NCBI RefSeq assembly: GCF_009914755.1
Contig: NC_060933.1
DNA from: the human T2T-CHM13v2.0 reference genome, Homo sapiens
DNA: 64,000 nucleotides
Reading direction: 5' to 3' (one strand)
A program made the position numbers and the translations under genes. Positions within the stretch are counted from its first letter, which is position 1; every line of letters begins with the position of its first letter. This document shows, piece after piece, positions 33,851 to 52,385 of the stretch. The notes under the pieces were generated by a model. That model was not told where the DNA came from, did not search any database, and worked only from the letters and a program-made list of their open reading frames with translations.

Positions 33851-34179
33851 ACTAGATAATCTAGCCTCTGAGGGGGTGACAGCTGGACTCAACTGATGAG
33901 AAGAAGTGAACCAAGCAAAGACTTGAGGGAAGTCAACTCCAGGCACAGCAAAGGATGAGTGCAAAGGCTATGAGGTGAGCCCAGTTGGCAGGAATAGGGA
34001 GAAGGTGAGTGTGGCTGGGACAAAGTGATCAAGGAAGAGTAGAAGAAGTTGAAGTTGGACTTAGGCAGGCCCAGATCAAATAGAGACATAGAGGCCACAT
34101 GATGAGCTTAGACTTTTGCCTTATGCAAATTGAAAGCCATGGGAGACTTTAAAGCAGGCACTGACATGGACTTGCATGA

Positions 34180-34933
34180 GGGCAACTACCCCTGGTCTAG
34201 CTAGGAAGTTGCCCTCTCAATGTGACCATGTGGCTTCCTGACCTGTGGTCAGTGCCAAGACCTAACAGACAGACAGGAACTTGAGACAGCTAGAAGAAGT
34301 CAGTCCATAAATACCTGTGAGTGGCTCATCAGGATCACTAACCCCACAAGCCACACACTTATTGTGCTAGAGGCTGGTCCTGAACTCACCAGCACCACCA
34401 AAGGGAACTGGAGGTCCCAGAGAAAGGCAACCCTAATTCCCCATCTACCTTCACATGCCTACAAAAAAGCCCACATGATGACTGTAGCCATGAACACTTC
34501 TGGAGAGAAAGTAGCAGGCAAATACCCTCCTCCCACCAGCCTGCCCACCCTTCTCCCTCAAAGCTGCTACCAGAAAAAGTGTTGTGGGACGGGCATTTCC
34601 AATACCAAGGAAGGTGCCAGGAGTCACCAAACCACCCACAAATCTTAAGGGGATTGCCGTGGCCTCTTAGTCACCCAGCCGGAAGCTGCTATCTTCCTGG
34701 CAGGAATTGCCTCCCCCTCTACCCCTGCTATTGTGCCAGATGTTCAGGTTGCCTGAATACGTCTGCCCTGGTGGATTACTTCAGGCACCCCTGCCCAAGA
34801 ACATTCATGGATGCCACACCTGGAACCTACTTGACCAACACTTCTAATGATTTTGTAAGCACCTAATTTCCTGTATTAAATTCTTTTCTTCTTAAAGTAC
34901 CTAGAGTGATTTCTGTTGAACACTGACTAATAT
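34180..34933 (+). mobile_element. Old ERVL-type LTR (LTR33/LTR41-like)
   Basis: 3' terminus taaattcttttcttcttaaagtacctagagtgatttctgttg...gactaata. Confidence 0.5.
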
Positions 34934-35431
34934 TCAAATAGCAGCACCAACACTCTGCCATGAGAGATGCAGCATGAGTTTGTGTCCTCAGCAATCTCTA
35001 TCATCTTCCACTCCGTCTATTCACCTTGCTCTGTGAAACCATTCTGCCCAGCCACTGTCCTGGTGAGGCAACTGCCTCCACTTGCAACCTTCCCCTCTCT
35101 ATGCTAAGGCCGAGTCCTGTGTTAAACCCATAAGAATCTTTCAGATTTCTTTTCTGTCTATTCTCTGTGGCCCTCCCAGAAGGCAACACAACCTGAGGTC
35201 CCCAGCAGAGGCAAGTCCACGAAAGGACTTCTGACACCAGCAATCCACGGGTTCATTCAACACATACTGAAGGTCTATGTTTTGCCAAGGCTGTTTGCAA
35301 GAGACCACAAAATTTCTGAAAGTCCCTGCATCAGCAAATGATTGATATAAAGGTAATCCTGCAGGGTACCAAAAGGTAGCCAAATTGTCCTTTCCAATCA
35401 ACTTTCCATTGACATTTGAAAAAGGAAAAGA

Positions 35432-35700
35432 GGGTTGGGCACAGTGGCTCACGCCTGTAATCCCAGCACTTTGGGAGGCCATGGTGAGCAGATCATGAAG
35501 TTAGGAGTTCGAGACCAGCCTGGCCAACATGGCAAAACTCCGTCTTTACTAGGGATACAAAAATTAGCTCGGCATGGTGGCGGGCACCTGTAATCCCAGC
35601 TACTCGGGAGGTTGAGGCAGGAGAATCACTTGAACCCAGGAGGCGGAGGTTGCTCCAGCCTGGGCAACAAGAGCAAGACTCCATCTCAAAAAAAAAAAAG
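35432..35700 (+). mobile_element. AluS with a right-arm internal deletion
   Basis: ggaggttgc joins directly to tccagcctggg; TSD aaaaggaaaagagg. Confidence 0.9.
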
Positions 35701-38700
35701 GAAAAGAGGACGTCAGTGTTTTGCCCCTGCTGCAGCATGCCAAGTTGTCTGGAGTACAGCAGAAAGCTTGGCAAAGTGGATTGAAGCACTTGCCTGAGCC
35801 TGCTGCTCCTGCAGCTCCAAAACCAAATGGGAGATTTTCAGTGGGGCAGACCCCTCTCATGGACGAACTTCACACAGGTGGAAGACAAGGTGGGAAAGTG
35901 GGAAAGCGGGAAAGCTCATTCAATCTTGAAACAATCAGAATATTTCTGCACAAGGCAAAGAGACTTGTCCTTTGTGTGCTGTGTGTGCATACAAGAACAC
36001 ACACACATATATACACTGCCTTGGTAGTCTTGGGGGAAAGCAATCTCTCGTGTTGCCTTGGAACTTCAAGCAAATGCTACCTGGTGCTGTGGATTTTGCC
36101 CTTTGGCCAACAGACTGTCTTCTGAATTGGTTCAAGTCTACGTAGGGTTTAGTATACAAAAAAAAAACAAAGATATTTTATTGGTTAAAGTGCAGTGAGT
36201 GGAATTTCATTTAATTATTAGTGAAACTGGTTTTTTTAGTACTTTTTTTGTATTGGTCTGCTCCAATAAAGCCTAGCCACTCTACATAAGTGCTCTGACT
36301 ACCCCCAGTCAGCCTCACTCAGAAGGAGCCTTTCTCTGGCCTTCCCCTGGGGCATCTGGAAACAACAGACTCTGGTCCACGCTATTATATGATCTGCCCA
36401 AAGTCCCACCAGCAGCATTGTTATCCCTCCTGAGCAGATGGGGCTGACAGTGCCCACCTCTGAGGTTTGCAGCGTGACAGCCACCCTCCCCAGACAGATC
36501 TCCACAATGCAGTTCTTGGCCTTGAAGCATGAGTGCCGGGACCTTAATTCCCTCCTTTTTCCCTTTCCCCACTCAGTCAAAGGGTGGAGGTAAATGGCTA
36601 TAAAGCTTGTTTTCTTGCACTTATATCTAATAAGCTGGGTTCTCTGAATTAGGCCTACTTAGAAAAGAAGTTTTAGAACTTAGACACCTATGCCCACTGG
36701 AAATGCACAGAAAATGTTGCATGAGGGCCTTTCCCCAAACTAAAGAATGGAATGTCCTATTGGCAGACTTTCTACTCTTTTCTTAATATTTCATTTTTGG
36801 TATCTGTGTTTCTTCCATTAATTGCCATTTTCATCCTTTTAATTTTGTATAATTGCCTACCATTTAAAACCCTTCCTATTTCAGTAGGTGCCCGGTCATT
36901 GATACTCAACATTATTTGAACAATTTGGTATAACAAAACAAATAAAATATACCATAGAGAAGAAAAAAGTGTACATTTGCTTGGAATAACAACAAAAATG
37001 ACATCCATTGCAATCATCAATCGTCCACATTACACACGAACTGAGGTCTGAACCCAGAGACTTCAGAATGGGATGAAAGGCCTAGGAGGTTCCCAGCTTT
37101 CCTTCTATCTATCATTCTCAGCCAGTGAAGACTGAAAGCACGACATACCTTCCTGAGTTTGCCAAGGAAAAGTCCAACAGAATCTCCTTTGGTCATTTGA
37201 AATCCTGTTTTAAGGCTAAACAAACGTCCAAGCCACAAACCAGGATAAAGAAGCACAACCTCAATGACTGTCCCAGGTGACAGCTTGGAAGCCCAACCTG
37301 AGTTTAATCTCCAGCTCAAATGTGAATTACCTGTGTTGTTTTATTGCAACACATCCAACAAAGATAGGGAACAACGCAGCCTTAGCCTCATCTCCAGGTC
37401 CTTCCCAAAAAGGGGCTACTGTCAGAAGAGCTGAAAGTGGCTGGAAAGCTAGAGACTGTTAGCAGCATCCATAAGAGAGTCGACAAAAGGCTGTAACAAG
37501 AGGCCAGTTGGTGGCTGGCTGGCTGCTAGAGGCCACGTGGAGGAAGAAATTTGCTGGCCTTGGAATAGGAGTCTTTTCCTTTGGACTAAGCTTTAAAGAG
37601 TCTTCCTTTGGAGAGCAGAAGATTGCTCAAATAAAGAAAGAAACCAGCTTTATTAAAAAAAAAAAAAAAAAACAGGTGAGAAAGGAACAAGATGAAATCA
37701 AATCTATTATGCTTCCTAAGATTTTGGAAGACTTCCAGGGACCAATGTTAGGGAAAATGAAAATTGAGCATCAAATGTTAATGGAAAAATCACTATCGGG
37801 GATGTGGAAAAATAAAGTTAATCTGGAAGGAAAAATGGAACAAATGTTGAATGTGTGGGCTTCCCAGTGGCTTGTATAAGAGCCACGAAAATGGATTTTA
37901 AGTATAGAAGATTCTGTTGACCTGGTATTGACTTGTTGCTCCATGACCAAATGGGGGACACAGGGTTTTAGCATCAGTTATTGAGATTTTGTGCTCCCTC
38001 AGTCCCCTCATTCGCCCCAACAATATCGCCCAAGAATGATTATCCAGCCAAGGATTATTTTGATAATCAAAATCATGGACACTTACTATTTTTTGTGTGT
38101 TTGTGTAAACTAAGTCTAGGGACACAGAGCTCATCTAGGAAGATGAGGGGGAGGGCATCCTAAAGGTACATGGTAGTGCTCCAATCTGAAATACCGTCCC
38201 TCCCTGCACCCTCACGCCATCTCACTTTCTCCTTAGACAGCAATAACAGGTGCCTCTCCACCTCGTCCTCCCCATTCCCCGAAAAAAGATTTGTAGAATT
38301 TAAGATGTGAAAAGCTGGGAACCACTGCACTAAACCACACTGTATCCAGTACTCCATACACAGATTGCCAAATGGCTGAAGAACAAGGTCTGGCCCTTAA
38401 AACGAATGAAGCTGGATGGCTAAAAGAGCATTGCAACAGAAATCTTTGTTCTACAAATGAACTGAACCTACCCAGACGGTCCTAACCATAAGGCCTATGG
38501 CATCCTTTCTAAGAGCCACAGTTTTGTTGACAAGGAACACCATGCTGCTATTTTTAAAGGAAGCATTCATCTTTCTGACAGCTAGTCAGTAAGTCACCTT
38601 TTGTGGTCAAACTTTGCGTGATTTGGCCTTAGGAAGCTCACCTGGGCGAGAAAGGGTAGGGGAAGAATGTGTCCTTCTTCCTACTGGATAAAAGCTATGC

Positions 38701-39999
38701 ATAAATCTCAGACAAAAATTAGAGAAAAAAAAAGAATCCCCCATGGCGCTAAAATGTCAGAATATACATTTCCTAATAGATTAACAAGTACTATAAATAT
38801 TTACATGATCTGCTGATATACCTAACTTGTAGGGGGAATATGGGAACAGGGGAAGAAGCAGCCAGATAAATATTAAAGCGTATTTTTAAAATAATTATGC
38901 TGTAATCATTTTTTTTTAAATCTATTTTCCTGAAATAAGGGATTCCATCTCTTTTCGGAGAAGCCATTTAATAGCCAAATTAAAGAGAGGTTAGCTCCAT
39001 CACTACACCGGTTCCCTTATCACCACTCTAATCTCCATGGTCACCCAGAGTTTGCCAACTAGAATTTTGGATGAATTAAGATTTGCTTATTTAATAATGT
39101 AGAGGAGATCAGGAAATAGGTGGTGTCTCAAGACTTTAAATGAACACATGCCTTCAGTCTGGGTTTTAAGAAGTTTTATTGTTATAAGTAACTTCAGACA
39201 CAGAAATAAAAAGAAAAAAGAGAAATGTTTTTCTCTTTTAATAAAGAAAAATATAAAGCCTCCAACATATTATTAAAATGACTTTGCTTTTAATTTCAAC
39301 ATAGAAGTTCTCTGTTTAAAACTATTAATAGTTTATTAACATAAATCTTTAGTGAGTGAAGAAAAAAATGAGATGGAAAACTTTCAGGGCTGGAATGAGC
39401 TCTTATTTTCCATTTAATATTTGGGTAGGAACAATTCTTGGAAATGATCACAAACGCAATAATTACTGGCTTAATCCTAAATAGATTTGCAGCCGTTCCT
39501 TTTCGTGTTATTTTTGGCATGCTGGCTGTGGCATGCTGTAATGTTGACATAACTGGTTTCTCAGAAAACAAGATTTGTGACAATTTGCTCCATTCTGCTC
39601 CAAAGACAATCAATCTGAGGCTTTCAAAGCAGGGCTAAAAATGCACACAAATCTCCCCCCTCGCAGCTGCTTCTTGTTTAACATTGTCAAATTTTCTTAA
39701 TTAAAATTTGAGATTTTATGCTTGGCTTCCTCTCCCCTTCCTCTAAAGCTCAAATGACACTTTGCCTTTTTTAGCTATATGGAAGTCTACAAAAAGCCAG
39801 ACAAAGGCCCTAATTGTTTTATCAGAAGACCTCATTTTTAAGTTTGTGCTTAGTATTTTTCATCTATATTACATTTTATCCAATCTGAATCTTAGCAGGC
39901 TTAATTCAGCTTTGAGGGTGAACAGAACATGTATTTCACCCAAAATCATAATTACTGATGAAATATTGGAGGCATTTCCTGAGGTTTTCTCATAAGTCT

Positions 40000-42000
<2,001 letters not shown>

Positions 42001-42464
42001 CAAAAGTGTCATCAGGGAACATATAGTTGTGGATCACTTTTCAAGTAACCTAAACCAGAGTTAGATTCCAAATGATAGATGATATTTTGGGGGTAACTTA
42101 CCTGGGTTATAATGACCACTTACCCTTAACTATCCCACTCAGCAGTCCGTAGGGTGAACTTCCAGCAGCCATGTTTGTTCCAAATGACCCTGTTCTCTTA
42201 GTTACAATTGTTTGAAGGGAGGGTCACCACACCTCTCCCAAGCTAGGCCAATAAAAACTCCCCCTATGAGGACTTGTAACCTGTACTGAGAAAGAGGGTC
42301 ACAGAATTCTAATATGTGAACTCAGAACCATGGATAGATGGGTAGAATTGTACCTACCTGTCTCCTTGAATCTGGGCATAGCCACATGACTTGCTTAGAC
42401 CAATGAAATATGGATGGAAGTGATCCATGTGAAAATTCTGGATGGAAGCTTTAAAAGTCAATGT

Positions 42465-43575
<1,111 letters not shown>

Positions 43576-44360
43576 ATTCTTTTTTTTTTAAAGCCAGTAT
43601 GCAATTTGCCAAACTTCTCTTTGCCATGGCAATGAGTATAATCCTAGATGGTGAGGGTCCAATGGCCTCCACAGTGCAGAACAAGGTTCTCTACTGACCA
43701 AAAATGCACATGTAGTGTGAGCAAGAAAAAAACTGTTATTTTAAGCCGCTGAGACATGTGGGGCTGTTTGTTACTGTTGCATATGCTAGCCCATTCTAAT
43801 TAATACAGAAATCAGTCCAGAGATGGTATTGGCTCAAGTTAATATTAAGTTTCATTAATTAAGGCAACAGGAATGAGTAATGTCTTAGACACACTGTGGT
43901 GTGGTTATTTGGCATATGATGCTGTATCAAATAGAATAAATTTTTTAGAAAATTGTACTACTGAAGAACCACCTGCACTGAAAAAGGCTGACTTTTTGAA
44001 ACTTAAAATGATCCTTTGGCCCCAGTGTGAGGCAGGAAAGGTTGAGAAAGTTGTTCTGCTCCTGGGGAGGGCAATTTCTTTGACAGTCTCTTCAGATATG
44101 GCAAAGAAAAATCACAGAAAATAAAAAAAATCTCTCAGAAGGTGAACCCAGATGCCACAGAGACTAATGAACAAGAGCACTACTCCAGGAAATGGGCTCA
44201 AGGCCCAATCAAAGAACATTCTCTATTCTCAAGATATGGAAGCTCAAAACATGAGATTTCAGAATCATTACAGACCAGTGCTCACTGTGGTTTCCCATGC
44301 TTCACTTTTCATCTTCTAAATGGGAGTGTTCACTGTGGTTATCCCACTTCTGTTCAATCA

Positions 44361-44730
44361 GTGTCTTAGTTCATTCTGTGTTGCTATAATGGTATGCCAC
44401 AGACTTGTAATTTATAAACAAATTTCTTCCTTAGTCCTGCAGGCTGGGAAGTCCAAGGTCAAGGGGCTCGCATCTGGTAAGAGCCTTCATGCTGTGTCAT
44501 CCCAAAGTGGAAGGCAAAAGGGCAAGAGAGTGCAAGAAAGCAAGAAGGAAAGAGAGCAAGAGAGGGCCAGACTTGCTTTCACAAAAACCCACTCCTGCAA
44601 TATCAAACCCTCTCCCAAGATAACATTAATCCATTCATGAGGATGGGCCCTCTTCACAGTCCTACCTCTTAATACCATCACTATGGCAATTAAATTTCAA
44701 TGAGTTTTACTGGGCACATTCAAACCACAG
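44361..44730 (-). mobile_element. MST-family MaLR LTR
   Basis: gtgtcttagttcattctgtgttgctata...gctgggaagtccaaggtcaagg...cattcaaaccacag. Confidence 0.75.
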
Positions 44731-44773
44731 AAACCAGTACATACATTGTGTGTTGAGGGCAAATAACTGTTAA

Positions 44774-45155
<382 letters not shown>

Positions 45156-45401
45156 CCCAGAAGGGATTTTTGTTGTTACATCCCTTGGTGGAGAAGTGAG
45201 CGTATTTTGTGTGTAGGAAAAAGAGTGAATCAGATATCTGGCAACCAGAAAGATAGTCATTTGTGCTACTCACCATCTACTTCTGGTGCTTCTTCCAGAC
45301 ACATTAGCATTGTACTTTCCTGCTCAGTTGAAGTTAGGTAAAGCTGTGTCATTTGCTTTGGACATGAAATATATGTCACTTCCAGGTGGAAGCTGTAAGA
45401 C

Positions 45402-45772
45402 TAAGACAGCCAGTTAAAAGGGGTCACTGGAGAACCTCCAACCAGCCTGGGCACTGGGAAGAGTATACAATGGGGTGGAGCATACACTGGGGTGGAGCCT
45501 CGGGAAGTTCACGCTATTTGCAGTGGGGAAGAGCCTGGCCTCTCCTGTTCCGAGGTGGTACATGGGATTCAATCTGTGAGGCGGGAAGCCTGCTAGCAGG
45601 ACTCTTGCTTTGCCAAGCATCCCTGTTTCCTCTTTTTTTTTTTTTTTTTTTTTCCTTTTCACCTAATAAACCCTGCCGTTCTCACCCTTCAAAGTGTCTG
45701 TGAGCCTAATCTTTCAAGGTAGTGTAACAAGAACCCGGCTTTTAACAGAACTAAGGAGAAAGTCCTACAACA
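45402..45772 (+). mobile_element. MER61-like solo LTR inserted in an MLT1 fragment
   Basis: agacagccagttaaaaggggtc...ggagaaagtcctacaaca; 4-bp TSD AGAC. Confidence 0.8.
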
Positions 45773-48602
45773 AGACCATTTTATATACACCATGCCTCCT
45801 TCCTCTTCTCATTCTAGATAGTGGAGTCTCTGGCAATCCAGGGCCCTGTGTGAGGATAATATGGAGCTGATCCCTCCCTGGCCTGAAATAGAGATGGAGC
45901 ATGAGAGGAAAATAAGCCTTTGCTGTTGTGGACATATTCCTCCCATCAAGTCTCTTCAGGAAGCACAGGAGAGACAGAAGAAATATTCTCCAAGTCTCTA
46001 AAGCTTTTCTATTCTGAATTTAAATACTTCCTGAGTATCTCCCACATTCTTGCCCCTGAATTCCACAGGCACCCTTTATCCATTTACTAGATAGCTGTTC
46101 AAGTTTTTGTTTTTAAACAAGCTCAAGTTGATTACACTGAGTTGTAACTGATGCATTCATAAATCTATCAAGCTTCTCATGCCAAAGAACAAAGGAAAGA
46201 CAAGCAGGAAGGCATGGGACACATTGGGAGAATCACAGTGGACCCAGCCCAAGTGGGAATGTGGCAGAGACAAGCTAACTGTTCACCATACCCATTGCCT
46301 CTTTTTCCTGAGCCCATGGCTAGACTATATTCCTCTGCCTCTTTTGTCATGAGGCAAAGCAGTGACTGAGTTCTAGCTAACGGAACTTAAACAGATATGT
46401 ACCACCTTCCTCACACACCCCTCCATGCTTTGTCCCCTTCAATAGCTTGATGCAAAAGACCACAGTGACCTTAGCAGATGTGTGAAGACAGCAGAGCCAC
46501 AAGACTGAAAGAACCGCGATTACTGAATCACATCATGAAAACCCACCCTCTGACAGAAACAACTGGTTTGTGATGGACATCTGTTTGCCTTATCTCACAT
46601 AGGGGAGGAGGGGAAGAATTTAATCTTGGATTAGCCCTTTGTGGTTTTGCATACCCCCTTCTCTGATCCTCCTTAGAGGTGAATAAAGTAGTGGAATGGT
46701 CCCCATTTTACAGCTGTGTTAGGCAAAGTTCAGAGAAGTTAATGGCTAGGGAGGGGGAGCACAGGCCACAGTCTAGCCAAAGCCAGCCTCAAATATAGAT
46801 CTCCTGATTCCCAGAGCCTATTACTTCTTCCACTGTGCTATACCCTGAATGCTGAAGATTCCTCCTTAAACTGAACATGTCAGCAGCTAATCTTTGAGCT
46901 ATTAAATAAATTACAAAAAGATGATATAAAAGGCAATCCTTCCTTGAGACAACTGTACCATCCCATTTATCTCTTCATGCCCAGGACTTGGGCAAGAACT
47001 TGGTACCGAGAAGGGCCTTCATAACTGTATGTTATGATTTTTAAAAAAAGTCTTACCAAGAAACAAAAATTCAAGTTTATATCACATTGACAACTAAAGA
47101 CCAGCAAAACAGATGTCGTGTACTGCTTCCACATGTAGACCAACCAGAATAAGACTCCAATTCCATCAAATGTAATTTATTTAAATAACAATTCAATTGC
47201 ATGTTAAGTAAACCAGTTGTAGCAATATAAAAATACAGAATTTTGAGAAAATCTGGCAAATTAAACCTGTATCTAAATGCAGCATATTCTGTGATACTAC
47301 GGAATGAAAAATAAAATGTGTTGACTTTCAAGTCAGGATGATTTATTTGCACTTAAAAATATAATTTCTAAGATGACATCTGTTTTCAAAAACATCCTAA
47401 TGGTAAAAACAGGCTACAGGAATTGTTGTCATCATGTTGAAATTTTAGATTTTATATTAGCATTAGCTTAAAAATCATAGACAATAACATTAACACAAAA
47501 TCAGCAAGAGAACACTCATTGGGAACAGTTTTTATGTTAAAAATATCAGAGGTTCACAGTTTTCTTCTTTTTTCTTGACTTACATTGATAAAATGCTTTG
47601 ATAGCTACAATCAATTTCACCTTCTAGTACCAGATCCAATGCCTCCTTGATCAGCAGATGGATGTTACTAACACATTCATTTTATATAGAACTCACACAT
47701 ATTCAGTTTCTAAAAATGTTTTGCTCTGCAAAACTGTGACTGCTGAGAGTGGGAAAGATTGGAGACTAAAATGTAATGAGAAGAGAAAAAGATAAAATGC
47801 TGACAATTTTTACTAACAGAACATTAAATTATAAAGTACATACAGGTAGCTTTTATGATTCAACAAGAAACTTCACATTAGTTTACAAAGTGCTATGGAC
47901 TCTAATTTTATTTTTGTTTAATCCAAACAAAAGTGAAAACCACACATTATCAAAGAATTCTGAACTCCTTCTACATGTCAAGTTAACAGAGGTTTTGAGG
48001 TGGGCAGACCACAAGACAGGTTTATTTTGTATGTTTTAAGGCAAAGCAAAATCTCCCAAATGAAACATCTACAAAATACATTTGCTTTGAGAATAAATTT
48101 CAGTAATAAAAAAATACTTCTCATTTATTAAATATACATATTTGCCTTTACATTTGATTTAGCAATGTGAATCAAAAAATGCAAGTGTTCTGTGAACATC
48201 TGCAAATCAATATTTTTAAACACCAATACAGAAATGAGTCAGTTTTCATTCAGGTGTTTGGATGTTAACAGTCAGCAAAAGAAAAAAAAAATAGACTACT
48301 TATGGAATTTTCCCTAACACAATATGAGAATGCAACATATTTTTGAGAATTAAGTAATTTTTCTGGACCATACATATCAGTGAAACACATATGTTCTCCT
48401 TCTGCAAATATTAATTAAAGAGAACCCAACAGTGCTTAAACCATTAAATTTAACCAACAGCCTAAGATTTAAAATGTTTACCATAATCTCTGTTTATGTA
48501 AATTATTTTCTTAAAGAAAAAACAAAACACTCTATAGAACATAACTGTCTACTTTGAAGAATAAATCACTTCGGGGAAAAAATGTGAATAAAAGCTGAAC
48601 TC

Positions 48603-48905
48603 GGCCAGGCATGACGGCTCACGCCTGTAATCCCAGCACTTTGGGAGGCTGAAGTGGGCGGATCACCTGAGGTCAGGAGTTCGAGACCAGCCTGACCAAC
48701 ATGGAGATACCCTGTCTCTACTAAAAATACAAAAATTAGCCGGGTGTGATGGCACATGCCTGTAATCCCAGCTACTTGGGAGCCTGAGGCAGGAGAATTG
48801 CTTGAACCCAGGAGGCAGAGGTTGTGGTAAGCCAAGATCGTGCCATTAAACTCCAGCCTGGGCAACAAGAGCAAACTCTGTCTCAGGGAAAAAAAGAAAA
48901 AAAAA
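48603..48905 (+). mobile_element. AluS in TTC39B 3' UTR
   Basis: Full-length; TSD ~tgaactc. Confidence 0.93.
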
Positions 48906-49035
48906 GGGTGAACTCATTTATTATCCCCAAAATTGCTACCTGGACGTTTGTCTACATTAAAAATAGGAATGACTTAAAATGTCTACATGATTTCCAAAGC
49001 AAAGAGTGTCATACCTTCAAATTGATTAAGACCAT

Positions 49036-49410
49036 TGTATTAGTCCATTCTCACACTGCTATGAAGAAATATCTGAGACTGGATAATTTATTTAAAAAAG
49101 AGGTATAATTGACTCACAATTCTGCATGGCTGAGAAGGCCTCAGGAAACTTAGAATAATGGCGGAAGGCAAAGGGAAAGAAAGGCACCTTCTTCTTCACA
49201 GGGCGGCAGGAAAGAGAAGTGCTGAGCAAAGGGGGAAAAGCCCCTTATAAAACCATCAAATCTCGTGAGAACTCACTCACTATCATGAGAATAGCATGGG
49301 GAAAACTGCCCCCATGATTCAGTCACCTCCCACTGGGTCCCTCCCATGTGGGGATTATGGGAACTACAATTCAATAAGAGATTTGGGTAGAGACACAACC
49401 AAACCATATC
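49036..49410 (-). mobile_element. THE1 MaLR solo LTR
   Basis: tgtattagtccattctcacactgctatgaag...ccaaaccatatca. Confidence 0.9.
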
Positions 49411-50515
49411 AACCACGCAGCACTTCAAAATAATACAATTCCTTTAAAAATGAAATAATATTCTTTATTATACTCATTTTTTATTCAAAGTTTTTGGCTA
49501 CAAGTCTGCTACACTGAGACCAATTTATTTCTTTCCCAAATGGTGCCCAACAGACTACCAATAATTAAAACTAATTTACTAGAAAATACTAAGCAGCAAT
49601 AAAACTGAAGGTGTCACTGGGATATGCCAGCACCCCTTAAATTTGTTGTTTAAATTAGTGTTTCTAAAAACTATGGCATTAATATACAAGGTATATTGTA
49701 TGTTAATATTCAACAAGTTTCACATAATGAAGTTTGTTATTAAAGTGCCTTAATTTTCCCTATTAAATATCCAATCTGTAGGCATTCTTTTCAGTTAAAT
49801 ACAGTGAGCCAGCTGCTTTGATTTTTCCATGTGATGTCCTGTTACAGTATTACTGTGCTAAACACATATCATGGGTACATTGTAAGCAGAAGGGAATGGG
49901 GTGTAGACTTCCTCTGAAGCTAGATCCACCTATCTCCTCTGGATAATTCAGGCCAAGAACCTGCTCAGCCATCTCAGTCCACTAAACAGTCCTTGCATCA
50001 TTTCTTTCTGCAGTTATGAAGTTACAAAATGACTAGAATGGACTTCAACAGTCCTCTAAGAGGACAGTCTGTCAAGATCAGATAGCAGCTGCTCAACATA
50101 AAAGATATCTTCCCTGATGATAAATTCTGATGTGTCCTTTTCATTACATTTCAAGTTCAACATTTCAAAATAACTAAATCTAACAGCAAATGTGTAAAAG
50201 ACAAAACTACCAACAATAGGCAGCAGAAAGAAGCAATCTAACACTTAAAGACAAAAATATGTAAATAACTGGACTCGGGGAGGAAGGACTTGGATAAGAA
50301 ATCCTGCATTTCTTTGGAAAGAACTGTATAAAACAATGTCTATTTATTATTTGTAAGTAGTTTTGTATATAGCTATCTATAGATACATGTATCTTATGAA
50401 GAAATATCTGAAGAGATTTAAAATGTCTTAATTATATATATGCATATCACTTAGGTATCATACACATTCAAAAATAAATTATTCTCTAAATGGGTAACAT
50501 GTGTCCACAAACCTT

Positions 50516-50519
<4 letters not shown>

Positions 50520-50595
<76 letters not shown>

Positions 50596-50884
50596 AGACA
50601 GGGTCTCACTCTGTCACCTGGGGTGGAGTGCAGTGGCATGATCTTAGCTCACTGTAGCCTCAAACTCCTGGGATCAAGCAATTATCCCACCTAAGTCTCC
50701 CTAGTAGCTAGGACTACAAGTGCACTCCAACATGCACGGCTCATTTTTTTTTTTTTTTTTTTTGTAAAGAGAGGTTCTCACTATATTGCCCAGGCTGGCC
50801 TCAAACCCCTGGTCCCAAGTGACGCCCCCCAACTTTGGCTTCCCAAAGTTTTAGGATTACAGGCGTGAGCCACCATTGCCAGCC
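50520..50884 (-). mobile_element. AluJ with (TA)n plus poly-T tail
   Basis: (TA) about 21 copies at 50521-50562, followed by a T run and reverse AluJ. Confidence 0.92.
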
Positions 50885-50997
50885 TCTAAAAACCTTTAAA
50901 TAGTAATACTGGCCTAGTTGAGAAAGTCAGTGTTGAAACATTAATAACAAAGCAATGGAAAAGATTCCACTAGATTTCTCAGAATAATTTTATCTTA

Positions 50998-51307
<310 letters not shown>

Positions 51308-52129
51308 TCATGAAATCTATCTTCTCAAAGATGTGAATCACTCTTCTATAACTCTAACAACTGTACTTTGTAAAAAAGAATGTCTGTAAAATCAAATTAA
51401 AATCATCATCTCAAAAATAAAATTTCTTAATCTAGTACATAAGGAGTTTGGCGGAGGGAGGGCAGAATAATGTTCAAATATGCCAATGACACTGACCATC
51501 TGCAGATAAACACGATCAAATGAAAGTTTAAGGGCACTTTAAATAGAAAAAGCAAACTTCACAGATATGTATGTGAAGCACAAATCAGGTGATCATAGTA
51601 GACAGCAAGTAAAAGCCAGAACTCCGCAAAGCAGGCTATTGGGAGGCCTTTAAGAAGTGCAGCACGTATGAGTGAATGCTTCCTCAGCATTCAGCACCAT
51701 TCCCACATGTGCTGTAAGCCATTCCGGGTGCTCCGCAGCCATGTGTGGCGAGGGGCTACTGTACTGGACAGAGCAAGACTGAGGGGAAACAACACGGTTT
51801 ACAGGCTCATGAGGGCAAGGTAATTTTCTAAGATCCATTCCAGGCCCAAGGAATCACAAAATCTTAGGGTATTAAAACATCACTGGAGTCTTCGTCAACT
51901 CATTTTAACTAAATGTATTTGAATTTAAGATTTCTAAATATGCAGAGTATAAATACAAAAAAAAAAAAAAAAACAGAAATGGAGGGAAATGAATGAAGCA
52001 TTAGATAATTCCAGAAGATTTTCCAGTTAGCCACAAAGACCTTTTTAAAAATTATTTTTAATGTCCAAGCTGGAGGAAAACCCTCCTATTTATGAAGATC
52101 AACAGACTAGACCCACTTTAAAAAGGAGT

Positions 52130-52385
<256 letters not shown>

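Noticed and set aside
37508-38163. 123-aa ORF and neighbours as a gag-like or processed pseudogene
   Set aside because: No recognisable motif, the ORF runs through a poly-A tract, and there are no splice or TSD signals I can support.
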